Source of the DNA: Microcystis aeruginosa NIES-843
GTDB taxonomy: Bacteria; Cyanobacteriota; Cyanobacteriia; Cyanobacteriales; Microcystaceae
Direction: 5' to 3'
NCBI RefSeq assembly: GCF_000010625.1
Contig: NC_010296.1
Span: forward strand, 1,470,001-1,502,000
DNA: 32,000 nucleotides
The notes below the pieces were generated by a model that was given only the letters and a program-made list of their open reading frames with translations, did no database searches and had not been told where the DNA came from. The first letter of the stretch is position 1; every line of letters starts with the position of its first letter. The position numbers and the translations under genes were made by a program. Positions 1-7,508 of this stretch are shown piece by piece.

Positions 1-28
1 TTTCTTATCCTACTTTTAAGTATATGAC

Positions 29-139
29 GTAAGGATGCTCCAATGGCAGAACTGGTTGGGGAACAGGCCAGACAGGGACTTCTGCGAATGCGTCTGGGGC
101 CAAGATGACGCGACGACAAATGATCGCGGTAGCCTTCAT
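29..139 (-). pseudogene. 5' fragment (37 codons) of the TumE-like toxin gene
   Basis: Minus-strand translation MKATAIICRRVILAPDAFAEVPVWPVPQPVLPLEHPY parallels the first 37 aa of the 2570-2866 ORF. Homology stops at nt 29. Confidence 0.65.
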
Positions 140-288
140 GTTGGACATACTAACAACACCTTAGCCTATTGTCAATGTCCCCAACAGTTAAAAACGCCTC
201 ATATTCTTCTATATTTCTCGCTTGAGGGTTGAGATATTGCCCAAAGTTTTGTGTTAAATCAATCTGTATGGTTATTATTGTATCCTTA

Positions 289-447
289 TTATTTTAACCC
301 CGTTGCATAGTTTTCCATCACCTGCAAAAATTGAGGGTAAATTAATTCCATATTAGCTTGCAGAATATTAGTTCGTTCCTCATCATCAGCAGAAGTGAGC
401 AACTGTTCAATTAAATTAACATAAGCTTGGGCGTGTTGTTCATTCAT
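289..447 (-). pseudogene. Orphan 52-codon copy of the N-terminal module found on the HicB fusion
   Basis: Minus strand reads MNEQHAQAYVNLIEQLLTSADDEERTNILQANMELIYPQFLQVMENYATGLK then a stop. It parallels residues 1-50 of the 771-1319 product. A further start fragment, MDEKRTQAYLNII, lies at about 500-555. Confidence 0.45.
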
Positions 448-565
448 TGTCTGTACTGTGATTGATCTGATTATGTGATGGATTGTGATTTTTTCGAGAG
501 AACGACTCGATGATATTTAGATAAGCTTGGGTGCGTTTTTCGTCCATAACCTTAATCCGATGCTT

Positions 566-778
566 TCACAAAAGTTTTTTAAATTCTTCAATAGACATTC
601 CGGCACCTTTAATAATTGTTCCCATTGTATAAGCATTAATTGGATTAGCTCTGGGAATTGTTAAGATATGCTCTCCATCAGTCATTGTAATATGTTTACC
701 CTGTCGAACAATCCTAAATCCTGCTTTTTCAAAGGCTTTAATGGCTCGTTGATGATTAATTCCGGGAAGACTAGGCAT
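566..778 (-). CDS. hicA: HicA-family toxin (type II TA, mRNA interferase)
   Basis: 70 aa with an AIKAFEKAGFRIVRQGKHITM core typical of HicA/YcfA. It overlaps the upstream hicB-like stop by 8 nt. Confidence 0.85.
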   Translation of the reverse strand: MPSLPGINHQRAIKAFEKAGFRIVRQGKHITMTDGEHILTIPRANPINAYTMGTIIKGAGMSIEEFKKLL

Positions 779-1319
779 GATTTAATTCAACTTCCACATA
801 ACAAGATTCTACACCTTGATTCAATTCCTCGGCAACTTCTAAATAAGACACAATAGCATCTTGAATATTATTGAGAGCTTCTTCTTTTGTTGTACCTTGA
901 GAAGCACAGCCGGGTAAACCGGGACACCAAACAGCATATCCTTCTTCTGTTTGCTTAAGACTGACTTTATACTGCATATTTTTATAATAATAATCGTTGT
1001 CAGTTATTATAGCACGGCCATCATTAATCTCTGCTTCTGCTTGTAATACTTCTAATAAAAACCCCTGATATTCCTCTATACTTCTCGCTTGAGGGTTGAG
1101 AAACTGCCCCAACTGTTGCGCTATGTTCCGTAACCAAGCCGCAGGATTATTATGTCCTTGTTGTTCTAACCCTGTTGCATAGTTTTCCATCACCTGCAAA
1201 AATTCGGGATCAATCAATTCCTGATTAGCTTGCAGAATCTTATTGAGTTCCTCACCATCAGCAGAAGTGAGCAACTGTTCAATTAAATTAACATAAGCTT
1301 GGGCGCGTTGTTCATTCAT
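771..1319 (-). CDS. hicB: HicB-like antitoxin (UPF0150 fold) fused to a ~95-aa N-terminal helical module
   Basis: The C-terminal half, YKVSLKQTEEGYAVWCPGLPGCASQGTTKEEALNNIQDAIVSYLEV, is the HicB N-domain signature. The N-terminal MNEQRAQAYVNLIEQLL...AAWLRNIAQQLGQFLN is an extra module. Confidence 0.8.
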   Translation of the reverse strand: MNEQRAQAYVNLIEQLLTSADGEELNKILQANQELIDPEFLQVMENYATGLEQQGHNNPAAWLRNIAQQLGQFLNPQARSIEEYQGFLLEVLQAEAEINDGRAIITDNDYYYKNMQYKVSLKQTEEGYAVWCPGLPGCASQGTTKEEALNNIQDAIVSYLEVAEELNQGVESCYVEVELNHA

Positions 1320-1437
1320 TGTCTGTACTGTGATTGATGTGATTATGTGATGGACTGTGATTTTTTTTGAGAGAGAGCGACCTTATGATATAGTGTGATA
1401 CAATAAATATTCGTGATTGTCAAGGACAAAGGATAAC

Positions 1438-1475
1438 CTAATCATAGTCGATCATTCAATCATTCTAATCATAGT
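1438..1475. promoter_or_regulatory. Candidate operator: direct repeat CTAATCATAGT x2 upstream of the vapBC-like pair
   Basis: Exact 11-mers at 1438-1448 and 1465-1475, 25-60 nt upstream of the AAGGAG RBS and the ATG at 1501. Antitoxin autoregulation is the usual model. Confidence 0.25.
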
Positions 1476-1500
1476 TTAGACATTATTAAGGAGAAGGACT

Positions 1501-1761
1501 ATGGACATCACCATTCATCTTAGCCAAGAACAAAGGGAAAAACTCGCCTACATCCAACAACATAGCGATCAGGATATCACTACCCTGCTCAATCAAGTTA
1601 TTGAGCAACAATATACCAAACTACACCCGCGTAACTCAGAGCCTCTTAAAGTGCTGAAAGAAAGCGGTTTTATTGGGTGTGGACAAGGTTCGCCCGATCT
1701 TTCTACTAACTATAAAACCATCCTCAAGGAAGAATGGTCAGCCAAACATGATTATAGTTGA
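1501..1761 (+). CDS. Antitoxin partner of the PIN toxin (VapB-like)
   Basis: 86 aa with AAGGAG 8 nt upstream. It overlaps the PIN gene start by 14 nt. The C-terminal ESGFIGCGQGSPDLSTNYK motif is one I recall from cyanobacterial PIN-associated antitoxins. Confidence 0.7.
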   Translation: MDITIHLSQEQREKLAYIQQHSDQDITTLLNQVIEQQYTKLHPRNSEPLKVLKESGFIGCGQGSPDLSTNYKTILKEEWSAKHDYS

Positions 1762-2170
1762 TACAGGCTTCTGGTTGGCCCTCGCCAATGAGCAAGATAA
1801 TCATCATCAACAAGCACAGCTTGTAATTCAAAGATTGCGAGAACCCCTAATAACAACCTGGTGTGTTGTCACCGAAACTTGTTACCTTTTGCTAACTCGT
1901 ATCGGTAATCATGCTCAACTGCTATTTATCCAAAATTTCTTAGCAGGTGGTTTTGAAGTATTTGAATTACAATCAAATCATGTTAGACGAATGCAACAAC
2001 TTATGAAACGTTATGAAGATATACCAATGGATCTAGCTGATGCTTCATTAGTAGTATTAGCTGAAAACTTAGGGCATGGGAAAATTTTAACGTCAGATCG
2101 CCGCGATTTTTCAATCTATCGCTGGCAGGATACCCATACTTTTCAAAATTTATTCTTAGGATATCCTTAA
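1748..2170 (+). CDS. vapC: PIN-domain ribonuclease toxin (VapC-like)
   Basis: MIIVDTGFWLAL start with the first acidic residue, then TETCYLL and DLADASLVVLAE, which fit PIN architecture. I chose the ATG at 1748 rather than the track start at 1673. Confidence 0.85.
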   Translation: MIIVDTGFWLALANEQDNHHQQAQLVIQRLREPLITTWCVVTETCYLLLTRIGNHAQLLFIQNFLAGGFEVFELQSNHVRRMQQLMKRYEDIPMDLADASLVVLAENLGHGKILTSDRRDFSIYRWQDTHTFQNLFLGYP

Positions 2171-2241
2171 TAATTTCGAGAGAATGATAATACTTTTGCT
2201 TCAGGTATCCTCTTTATTGGCGATCGCTACTAATCCGGCGA

Positions 2242-2589
2242 TCAAACGGCTTGCAACATGAATTCAACCTTGATCGCTTCAAAAGGGAACTCTACGCTCC
2301 CATCTGCTACACGACTCAGAATACCGACATTTAAAAGTGCCGTAATATCTCCATGTACTGCTTTTACATCCCGATGTACTCGCCTCGCCGCCTCACGGAT
2401 AGAAATGGGGCCAGCACCGCACATAGCTTTGAGGAGTTCCCACCGCTTGGCAGTCAGAACTTTCCAGAGAAGTTCGGGGGTAGCAAAACTGATACGAACT
2501 TCTTTTTCTGCTCGACCAGTTTTCATCGCTTGAACGGCATCGGCAAGGGTGTCAGTCAAGGAGCGAACTTCAAGAACGACCGTGTTCAT
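2242..2589 (-). CDS. HTH DNA-binding protein, probable antitoxin (TumA-like)
   Basis: 115 aa. The LTAKRWELLKAMCGAGPISIREAARRVHRDVKAVHGDITALLNVGIL segment is a winged-HTH. It overlaps the upstream toxin-like gene by 20 nt. Confidence 0.7.
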   Translation of the reverse strand: MNTVVLEVRSLTDTLADAVQAMKTGRAEKEVRISFATPELLWKVLTAKRWELLKAMCGAGPISIREAARRVHRDVKAVHGDITALLNVGILSRVADGSVEFPFEAIKVEFMLQAV

Positions 2590-2866
2590 AATTCCACCTC
2601 AAAATGTCAGAGTTGAAGTCGGCCATCAATTGGTCTGGCGAAGAGAAAGCATAAAGAGACTCCACACCATCGAAATGACGGTGATCGCCTTTACCGCGTT
2701 CGTTATCATATCGCAACACACATTTGCCGTTGACTATGTAAGCGAGACGATATTTGTAAGGATGCTCCGATGGCAGAACTGGTTGGGAAACACGCCAGAC
2801 AGTGACTTCTGCGAATGCGTCTGGGGCCAAGATGACGCGACGACGAATGAGAGCGGTAGCCTTCAT
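2570..2866 (-). CDS. Small toxin-like protein (TumE/DUF6516-like; name from memory)
   Basis: 98 aa with a YKYRLAYIVNGKCVLRYDNERGKGDHRHFDG core. Translationally coupled to the HTH gene. Confidence 0.65.
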   Translation of the reverse strand: MKATALIRRRVILAPDAFAEVTVWRVSQPVLPSEHPYKYRLAYIVNGKCVLRYDNERGKGDHRHFDGVESLYAFSSPDQLMADFNSDILRWNYEHGRS

Positions 2867-3012
2867 GTTGGATATACTAACAACACCTTAGCCTGTTGTC
2901 AATGTCCCCAACAGTTAAAAACGCCTCATATTCTTCTATATTTCTCGCTTGAGGGTTGAGATATTGCCCAAAGTGTTGTGTTAAATCAATCTGCATGGTT
3001 ATTGTATCCTTA

Positions 3013-3168
3013 TTATTCTAACCCTGTTGCATAGTTTTCCATCATCTGCAAAAATTCGGGGTCAATCAATTCCTGATTAGCTTGCAGGATATTGGGTTCC
3101 TCACCCTCAGTACAAGCGAGTAACTGTTCAATTAAATTAACATAAGCTTGGGCGCGTTGTTCATCCAT
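3013..3168 (-). pseudogene. Second orphan copy of the N-terminal module
   Basis: Minus strand reads MDEQRAQAYVNLIEQLLACTEGEEPNILQANQELIDPEFLQMMENYATGLE then a double stop. A further remnant, QHFGQYLNPQARNIEEYEAFL, lies at about 2890-2990. Confidence 0.45.
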
Positions 3169-3286
3169 TGTCTGTACTGTGATTGATGTGATTATGTGAT
3201 AGACTGTGATTTTTTTTTGAGGCTGATTCGATGATATTTAGATAAGCTTGAGTGCGTTTTTCGTCCATAACCTTAATCCGACGCTT

Positions 3287-3499
3287 TTACAAAAGTTTTT
3301 TAAATTCTTCAATAGACATTCCGGCACCTTTAATAATTGTTCCCATTGTATAAGCATTAATTGGATTAGCTCTGGGAATTGTTAAGATATGATCTCCATC
3401 AGTCATTGTAATATGTTTACCCTGTCGAACAATCCTAAATCCTGCTTTTTCAAAGGCTTTAATGGCTCGTTGATGATTAATTCTGGGAAGACTAGGCAT
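3287..3499 (-). CDS. hicA: HicA-family toxin, second copy
   Basis: Differs from the 566-778 product at two residues (G6R, E36D). Confidence 0.85.
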   Translation of the reverse strand: MPSLPRINHQRAIKAFEKAGFRIVRQGKHITMTDGDHILTIPRANPINAYTMGTIIKGAGMSIEEFKKLL

Positions 3500-3962
3500 G
3501 ATTTAATTCAACTTCCACATAACAAGATTCTACACCTTGATTCAATTCCTCGGCAACTTCTAAATAAGACACAATAGCATCTTGAATATTATTGAGAGCT
3601 TCTTCTTTTGTTGTACCTTGAGAAGCACAGCCGGGTAAACCGGGACACCAAACAGCATATCCTTCTTCTGTTTGCTTAAGACTGACTTTATACTGCATAT
3701 TTTTATAATAATAATCGTTGTCAGTTATTATAGCACGGCCATCATTAATCTCTGCTTCTGCTTGTAATACTTCTAATAAAAACCCCTGATATTCCTCTAT
3801 AGTTCCCGCTTGACGGTTGAGATATGTCCCCAACTGTTGCGCCATATTCCGTAGCCAAGCAACAGGATGATTATTTCCTTGTTCTTCTAACCTTTTTGTG
3901 ATTGTCAAGGGCGATCGCTGCCAAATTGGTTTGATATGTTCCAAGGCAGAACCTTGGAACAA
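3492..3962 (-). CDS. hicB: HicB-like antitoxin, second copy with truncated or replaced N-terminal module
   Basis: The C-terminal 110 aa are identical to the first copy. Homology to copy A is lost upstream of nt 3892, so the first ~23 codons and the promoter are unrelated sequence. Confidence 0.6.
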   Translation of the reverse strand: MFQGSALEHIKPIWQRSPLTITKRLEEQGNNHPVAWLRNMAQQLGTYLNRQAGTIEEYQGFLLEVLQAEAEINDGRAIITDNDYYYKNMQYKVSLKQTEEGYAVWCPGLPGCASQGTTKEEALNNIQDAIVSYLEVAEELNQGVESCYVEVELNHA

Positions 3963-4032
3963 GCAAAACTAATCACTTTTCTGCACAAATAACTGTTATT
4001 ACAGCAACTTCTTTGTCCAATTGATCTCCTAT

Positions 4033-4213
4033 TGGGACTTAGACAAAAAACAAATCGAGAAAAGCCTCAACTCCAATCCCCGCTTGGGATTTACTTCGAG
4101 AAGCCCAAAATCGCTGAAACCCAGATATATCAAGGAAAATCATAAATCGAGGTTAACCCTTTGTCCCGTAATGGTTTGAGCCTTTTTTGCTGACCGAAAA
4201 CGCCTAAGTCCCA
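4033..4213. mobile_element. 181-bp MITE with IS701-like termini
   Basis: Terminal inverted repeats TGGGACTTAG at 4033-4042 and CTAAGTCCCA at 4204-4213. They resemble the TGGGACTTAAAC ends of the IS701-like element at 4761-6123. No ORF. Confidence 0.5.
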
Positions 4214-4408
4214 CTAGAGATTCACACTTTTTGTTATCTCTGATCAAGGGTTGCGCTTGCTTTGGTTTAACCTGAGCGACTTAGTTTTTGCTGCGCTTTT
4301 TTCTGGCTTGAGATTTTAGGTTCGACAGCAACTCCTTGATTGTTTTTTGAGTTACCCCTTGACAATCAAGACAGTCGCTACGTTCATCTTATATTTAATT
4401 CCACCCAC

Positions 4409-4760
4409 CTACTTACGAAGGCGTTCGGGATCAGTAGAGTGAGTAGATTCCAAACAAAACCCACGAGTCTTGAGAATCCCGAAAAGGGTTTCAATCCCCC
4501 AGCGTAGAGCGTAATCGCGAACAAGTCCGACCGTATGGGTCGGAGCGATCACTACCAAGAGGTCTCCGTCGTCCAAACGCAGAGCTTCAACGGAAACCTG
4601 ATCACCCCACACCCGACAATCCTCTTGGAGTTGTTGAGATTCTCCCCGAACCAGATGGGCAAAAACGACTTGAGCGGCTAAGGCTTTCCCGGACCGTTCG
4701 ATCTTGTCGGTAGCCCGAATCCGGATTCGGAAAGGCAGAGAAGGTTCGAGGAGAAGATAA
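4409..4760 (-). pseudogene. IS4-family transposase, C-terminal piece
   Basis: LLLEPSLPFRIRIR...YALRWGIETLFGILKTRGFCLESTH carries the catalytic-E region of a DDE transposase. Confidence 0.75.
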
Positions 4761-6123
4761 TGGGACTTAAACGCCAAATAAAGATCAAATCGAGTATAAT
4801 CGTTAAAGAGTAAGCACTTTACGTTGAAAGATCAGCGATGAAAGAGACAACCCCAGCCGCGATGCCCCCATGCTTTGACCGATGGTGTCGGCGGTTTGAC
4901 AATTGCTTCAAAAACGAAGCGCAAAAAAACGGCTTCAGACAATATTTAGGAGGATTATTAGGGGAAAGTGAGCGGAAAAACCTCACTCAAATGGCCAATA
5001 ATGCCGTCGGAGTAGTTTATAACCGATTACATCACTTTTTGACCGAATCTCCCTGGTCAGACCGTCAGGTGAATGAATGTCGGTTGCAAGTGATGAACCA
5101 ATGCCGCCAGACGCAAATCCCCCGAGGATTTTCCCTGATTGTCGATGACTCAGGACATCGAAAAAGTGGCAATCTGACCGCCGGAGTTGGCAGGCAGTAC
5201 CTAGGAGAAATTGGCAAGACAGACAACGGAATAGTCGCCGTCACTACCCATCTCTACGACGGCAAAAAAAGTGTCCCCCTAGACATTGAAATTTATCAAC
5301 CGGCTAGTTCCTTAGCCGAGGGGAAAGAAGACAAAGAATTTAAGAAGAAACCAGAGATAGCGATAGATTTAATTGACCGGAGCTTAACCAGAGGCTATCG
5401 ACCGAAAATCGTCTTAATAGATGCTGGTTATGGCAACAACACAAATTTTCTCAAAGCCCTGGAAGAAAGAAAGCTAAAATACTTAGGAGGATTGGCAAAA
5501 AATCGAAAAGTAATTATTGAAAAAGAAGGGGGTGTGGAAGAAACAATCCAGCTTGAGCAACTAGCAAAAAGCCTATCAGAAAAGGATTGGGAGAAAATCA
5601 CCCTAAATCTAGATAAAGAAAAAACGGTTTGGGTAGCGGTATTCAGAGCGAAAATATCTCAACTAGAAGGAGAAAGGAACTTGGCGATCGTCATGAATGC
5701 AAGTTCAATGGAAAAAGCCACAGAGGTGGACTATTTCATCACCAATGTAGTTGAGGCAGATACAGTAACAGCTTCGTGGATAGTGAGGACTTACACCGAA
5801 AGAAATTGGGTGGAAGTATTCTACCGAGAAGCCAAAGGATGGTTAGGGTTAAGGGAATATCAAGTCAGGGATAAACGAAGCTTACTTCGTCATTTTATCC
5901 TGGTGTTTTGTGCCTATACATTTATCCTGTGGCATAAGTTAACTGGGGGATTGCAAAGGCGGTGGGCGAATCGACCTTTAAACACTTTTGTGGAAGCCTT
6001 GGAAGCTTTTCGGACAGCGATGTCTTTCCGTTTCTTTGAGTGGCTGACCGAGAATCGGGATGTGTTTGCCGCTTACAAAGCCAGTTTAGGCTTTGTTTGG
6101 GCTTGAAATTTGTTTAAGTCCCA
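4761..6123 (+). mobile_element. IS701-like insertion sequence
   Basis: Inverted ends TGGGACTTAAAC at 4761 and GTTTAAGTCCCA ending at 6123, flanked by a 4-bp direct repeat ATAA (4757-4760 and 6124-6127). Confidence 0.8.
4838..6106 (+). CDS. IS701-family DDE transposase
   Basis: 422-aa intact ORF with LIVDDSGHRKSG, VLIDAGYGNN and YTERNWVEVFYREAKGWLGL motifs. Confidence 0.85.
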   Translation: MKETTPAAMPPCFDRWCRRFDNCFKNEAQKNGFRQYLGGLLGESERKNLTQMANNAVGVVYNRLHHFLTESPWSDRQVNECRLQVMNQCRQTQIPRGFSLIVDDSGHRKSGNLTAGVGRQYLGEIGKTDNGIVAVTTHLYDGKKSVPLDIEIYQPASSLAEGKEDKEFKKKPEIAIDLIDRSLTRGYRPKIVLIDAGYGNNTNFLKALEERKLKYLGGLAKNRKVIIEKEGGVEETIQLEQLAKSLSEKDWEKITLNLDKEKTVWVAVFRAKISQLEGERNLAIVMNASSMEKATEVDYFITNVVEADTVTASWIVRTYTERNWVEVFYREAKGWLGLREYQVRDKRSLLRHFILVFCAYTFILWHKLTGGLQRRWANRPLNTFVEALEAFRTAMSFRFFEWLTENRDVFAAYKASLGFVWA

Positions 6124-6319
6124 ATAACGCAACCAAGCTTGACCGATCAACTCCCGGTCGGCACACAGACAACGAATTTGAGCGTCGGGAAAAATTTTGA
6201 GCATCTCCTCCAAGAAACGCATACGCTCATCACTGTTCGAGTTTCCTTTTTTTTTGAGCATCCACCACAGTACGGGAATGGCAACCCCCTCGGAGACTAT
6301 GCCTACAGTCAGGATGTTG
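6124..6319 (-). pseudogene. IS4-family transposase, middle piece
   Basis: NILTVGIVSEGVAIPVLWWMLKKKGNSNSDERMRFLEEMLKIFPDAQIRCLCADRELIGQAWLRY contains the second catalytic D. Confidence 0.75.
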
Positions 6320-6321
6320 TA

Positions 6322-6552
6322 AGCTAAAACGCACTTAAACCACCTAAAATAGAAATAGTAACTTGAGAAAAATCCTACTTATGCCAGCCAAAGATTTCCT
6401 AGACTTAGAAGAAAAGAAAAACTTACAAAAAGCTCTTAAAGAAGAAGAAAGAGCAGAGGTTAGGGAAAGAATTTTAATGTTTCTCTTGCTAAACGACGGA
6501 AAAACTCAACGAGAAATAGCTGAGTTTATTGGCTGTTCACTCAAAACAGTCG
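6322..6552 (+). mobile_element. IS630-family element, 5' 231 bp only
   Basis: Nearly identical to 7509-7739: left end AGCTAAAACGCACTTAAACC and the first ~57 codons of the transposase. Homology stops after AAAACAGTCG. Confidence 0.8.
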
Positions 6553-7506
6553 GGGAGCATCTCACTTATGCAATGAGTATTAATGCTTATAGCCGTCAAC
6601 AACTAGAAAATCTTCAACTTGATCACAAAGAGAAATGAGATTATAATAGTTATAGCTTACAATTCAGAATATGGCTCGATGGGAGGAATAATTCAATGTT
6701 ATCAGAAAATGAAAAAAGAATTAAAGAGTTATGTCAAGAGTTAGGGCAATGTCTCTATGAGCAATCCCAAATTAAGAAATTTAATAACTTGGGAGAGATA
6801 GAGGAGACAGTCAGAGATTTAATGATTCATTATGTCAACCCAGAAATCGGTATTTTTTTGTCAAAACAAGCACAGAAGAAACCGCCGGTCGGACGAGAAA
6901 AGTGAAAAGTATTTTGGGGGAATTACCAACTACAGAAAAACAAGCGAAGAAGTTAGAAGTAAAGCCTCGGACTCAGATGAGTCCAATGTTAGAGAAGAAC
7001 TGTTTGCTATTAAGTGGCGATGAATCCTACGAGAAATCGGCGCAGAAAATCAAATCATTGACAGGGATTGCTGTTTCTCACAGTACCCAACAACGCCTCG
7101 TGCATCGCTATGCTTTTGGAGAATTACCGTCTAACCCAGAAGTCGAAGTCGAAGAAATGAGCATAGATGGCGGTAAGGTACGACTGAGAACTGCCAAGGG
7201 AGAAGCCTTAATTTGGCGTGATTATAAAGCAGTGAGTTTTCATCAACTGGGGGTAGCGGCTTTTTTTCAAGATAACTCGGCTTTATTAGATTTGGTTGAT
7301 TCTCAAGTTTTGGCTAAACCTTTAATTTGTTTAGGAGATGGACATGATGGTATCTGGAATTTATTTCGTGAGATAGGAGAGAAACAGGAAAGAATTGAAA
7401 TATTGGATTGGTATCATTTAATCGAAAACCTCTATAAAGTTGGGGGGTCATTCCAGAGGATTGAGGAGGTCAAGTCTTTTCTTTGGATGGGTAAGGTGGA
7501 TGCTGC
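6553..7506 (+). pseudogene. ISKra4-like transposase gene fragment (frameshifted, 3'-truncated)
   Basis: ORFs 6696-6905 and 6902-7506 are in different frames. The LICLGDGHDGIWNLF and ILDWYHLIENLYKVGGS motifs fit what I recall of ISKra4-type transposases. The fragment is cut off by the IS630 left end at 7507. Confidence 0.55.
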
Positions 7507-7508
7507 TA

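Larger units (their letters stand above)
29..1172. repeat. Copy A of a ~1.14-kb direct repeat (partner 2756-3892, offset 2727 bp)
   Basis: Collinear by eye with 2756-3892. Both carry the toxin-gene 5' end, an orphan N-module, hicA and the 3' two-thirds of hicB. Few substitutions and small indels. Confidence 0.85.
2756..3892. repeat. Copy B of the ~1.14-kb direct repeat
   Basis: See 29-1172. Homology ends at 3892, where the sequence jumps to GTGATTGTCAAGG, a motif found at 1412-1424 in copy A. This implies a ~240-bp deletion in copy B. Confidence 0.85.

Noticed and set aside
35-232. ORFs antisense to the TumE-like gene and its fragment (35-232 and 2549-2959, plus strand)
   Set aside because: The opposite strand carries a recognisable toxin-like protein with translational coupling to the HTH gene. 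The plus-strand ORFs have no motifs.
668-856. 62-aa ORFs antisense to hicA (668-856 and 3389-3577)
   Set aside because: They are shadow ORFs of a well-supported gene pair.
6363-6638. 91-aa ORF that looks like a short transposase
   Set aside because: It is the IS630 5' fragment read through into ISKra4-like sequence, so it is a chimeric artefact and not a gene.
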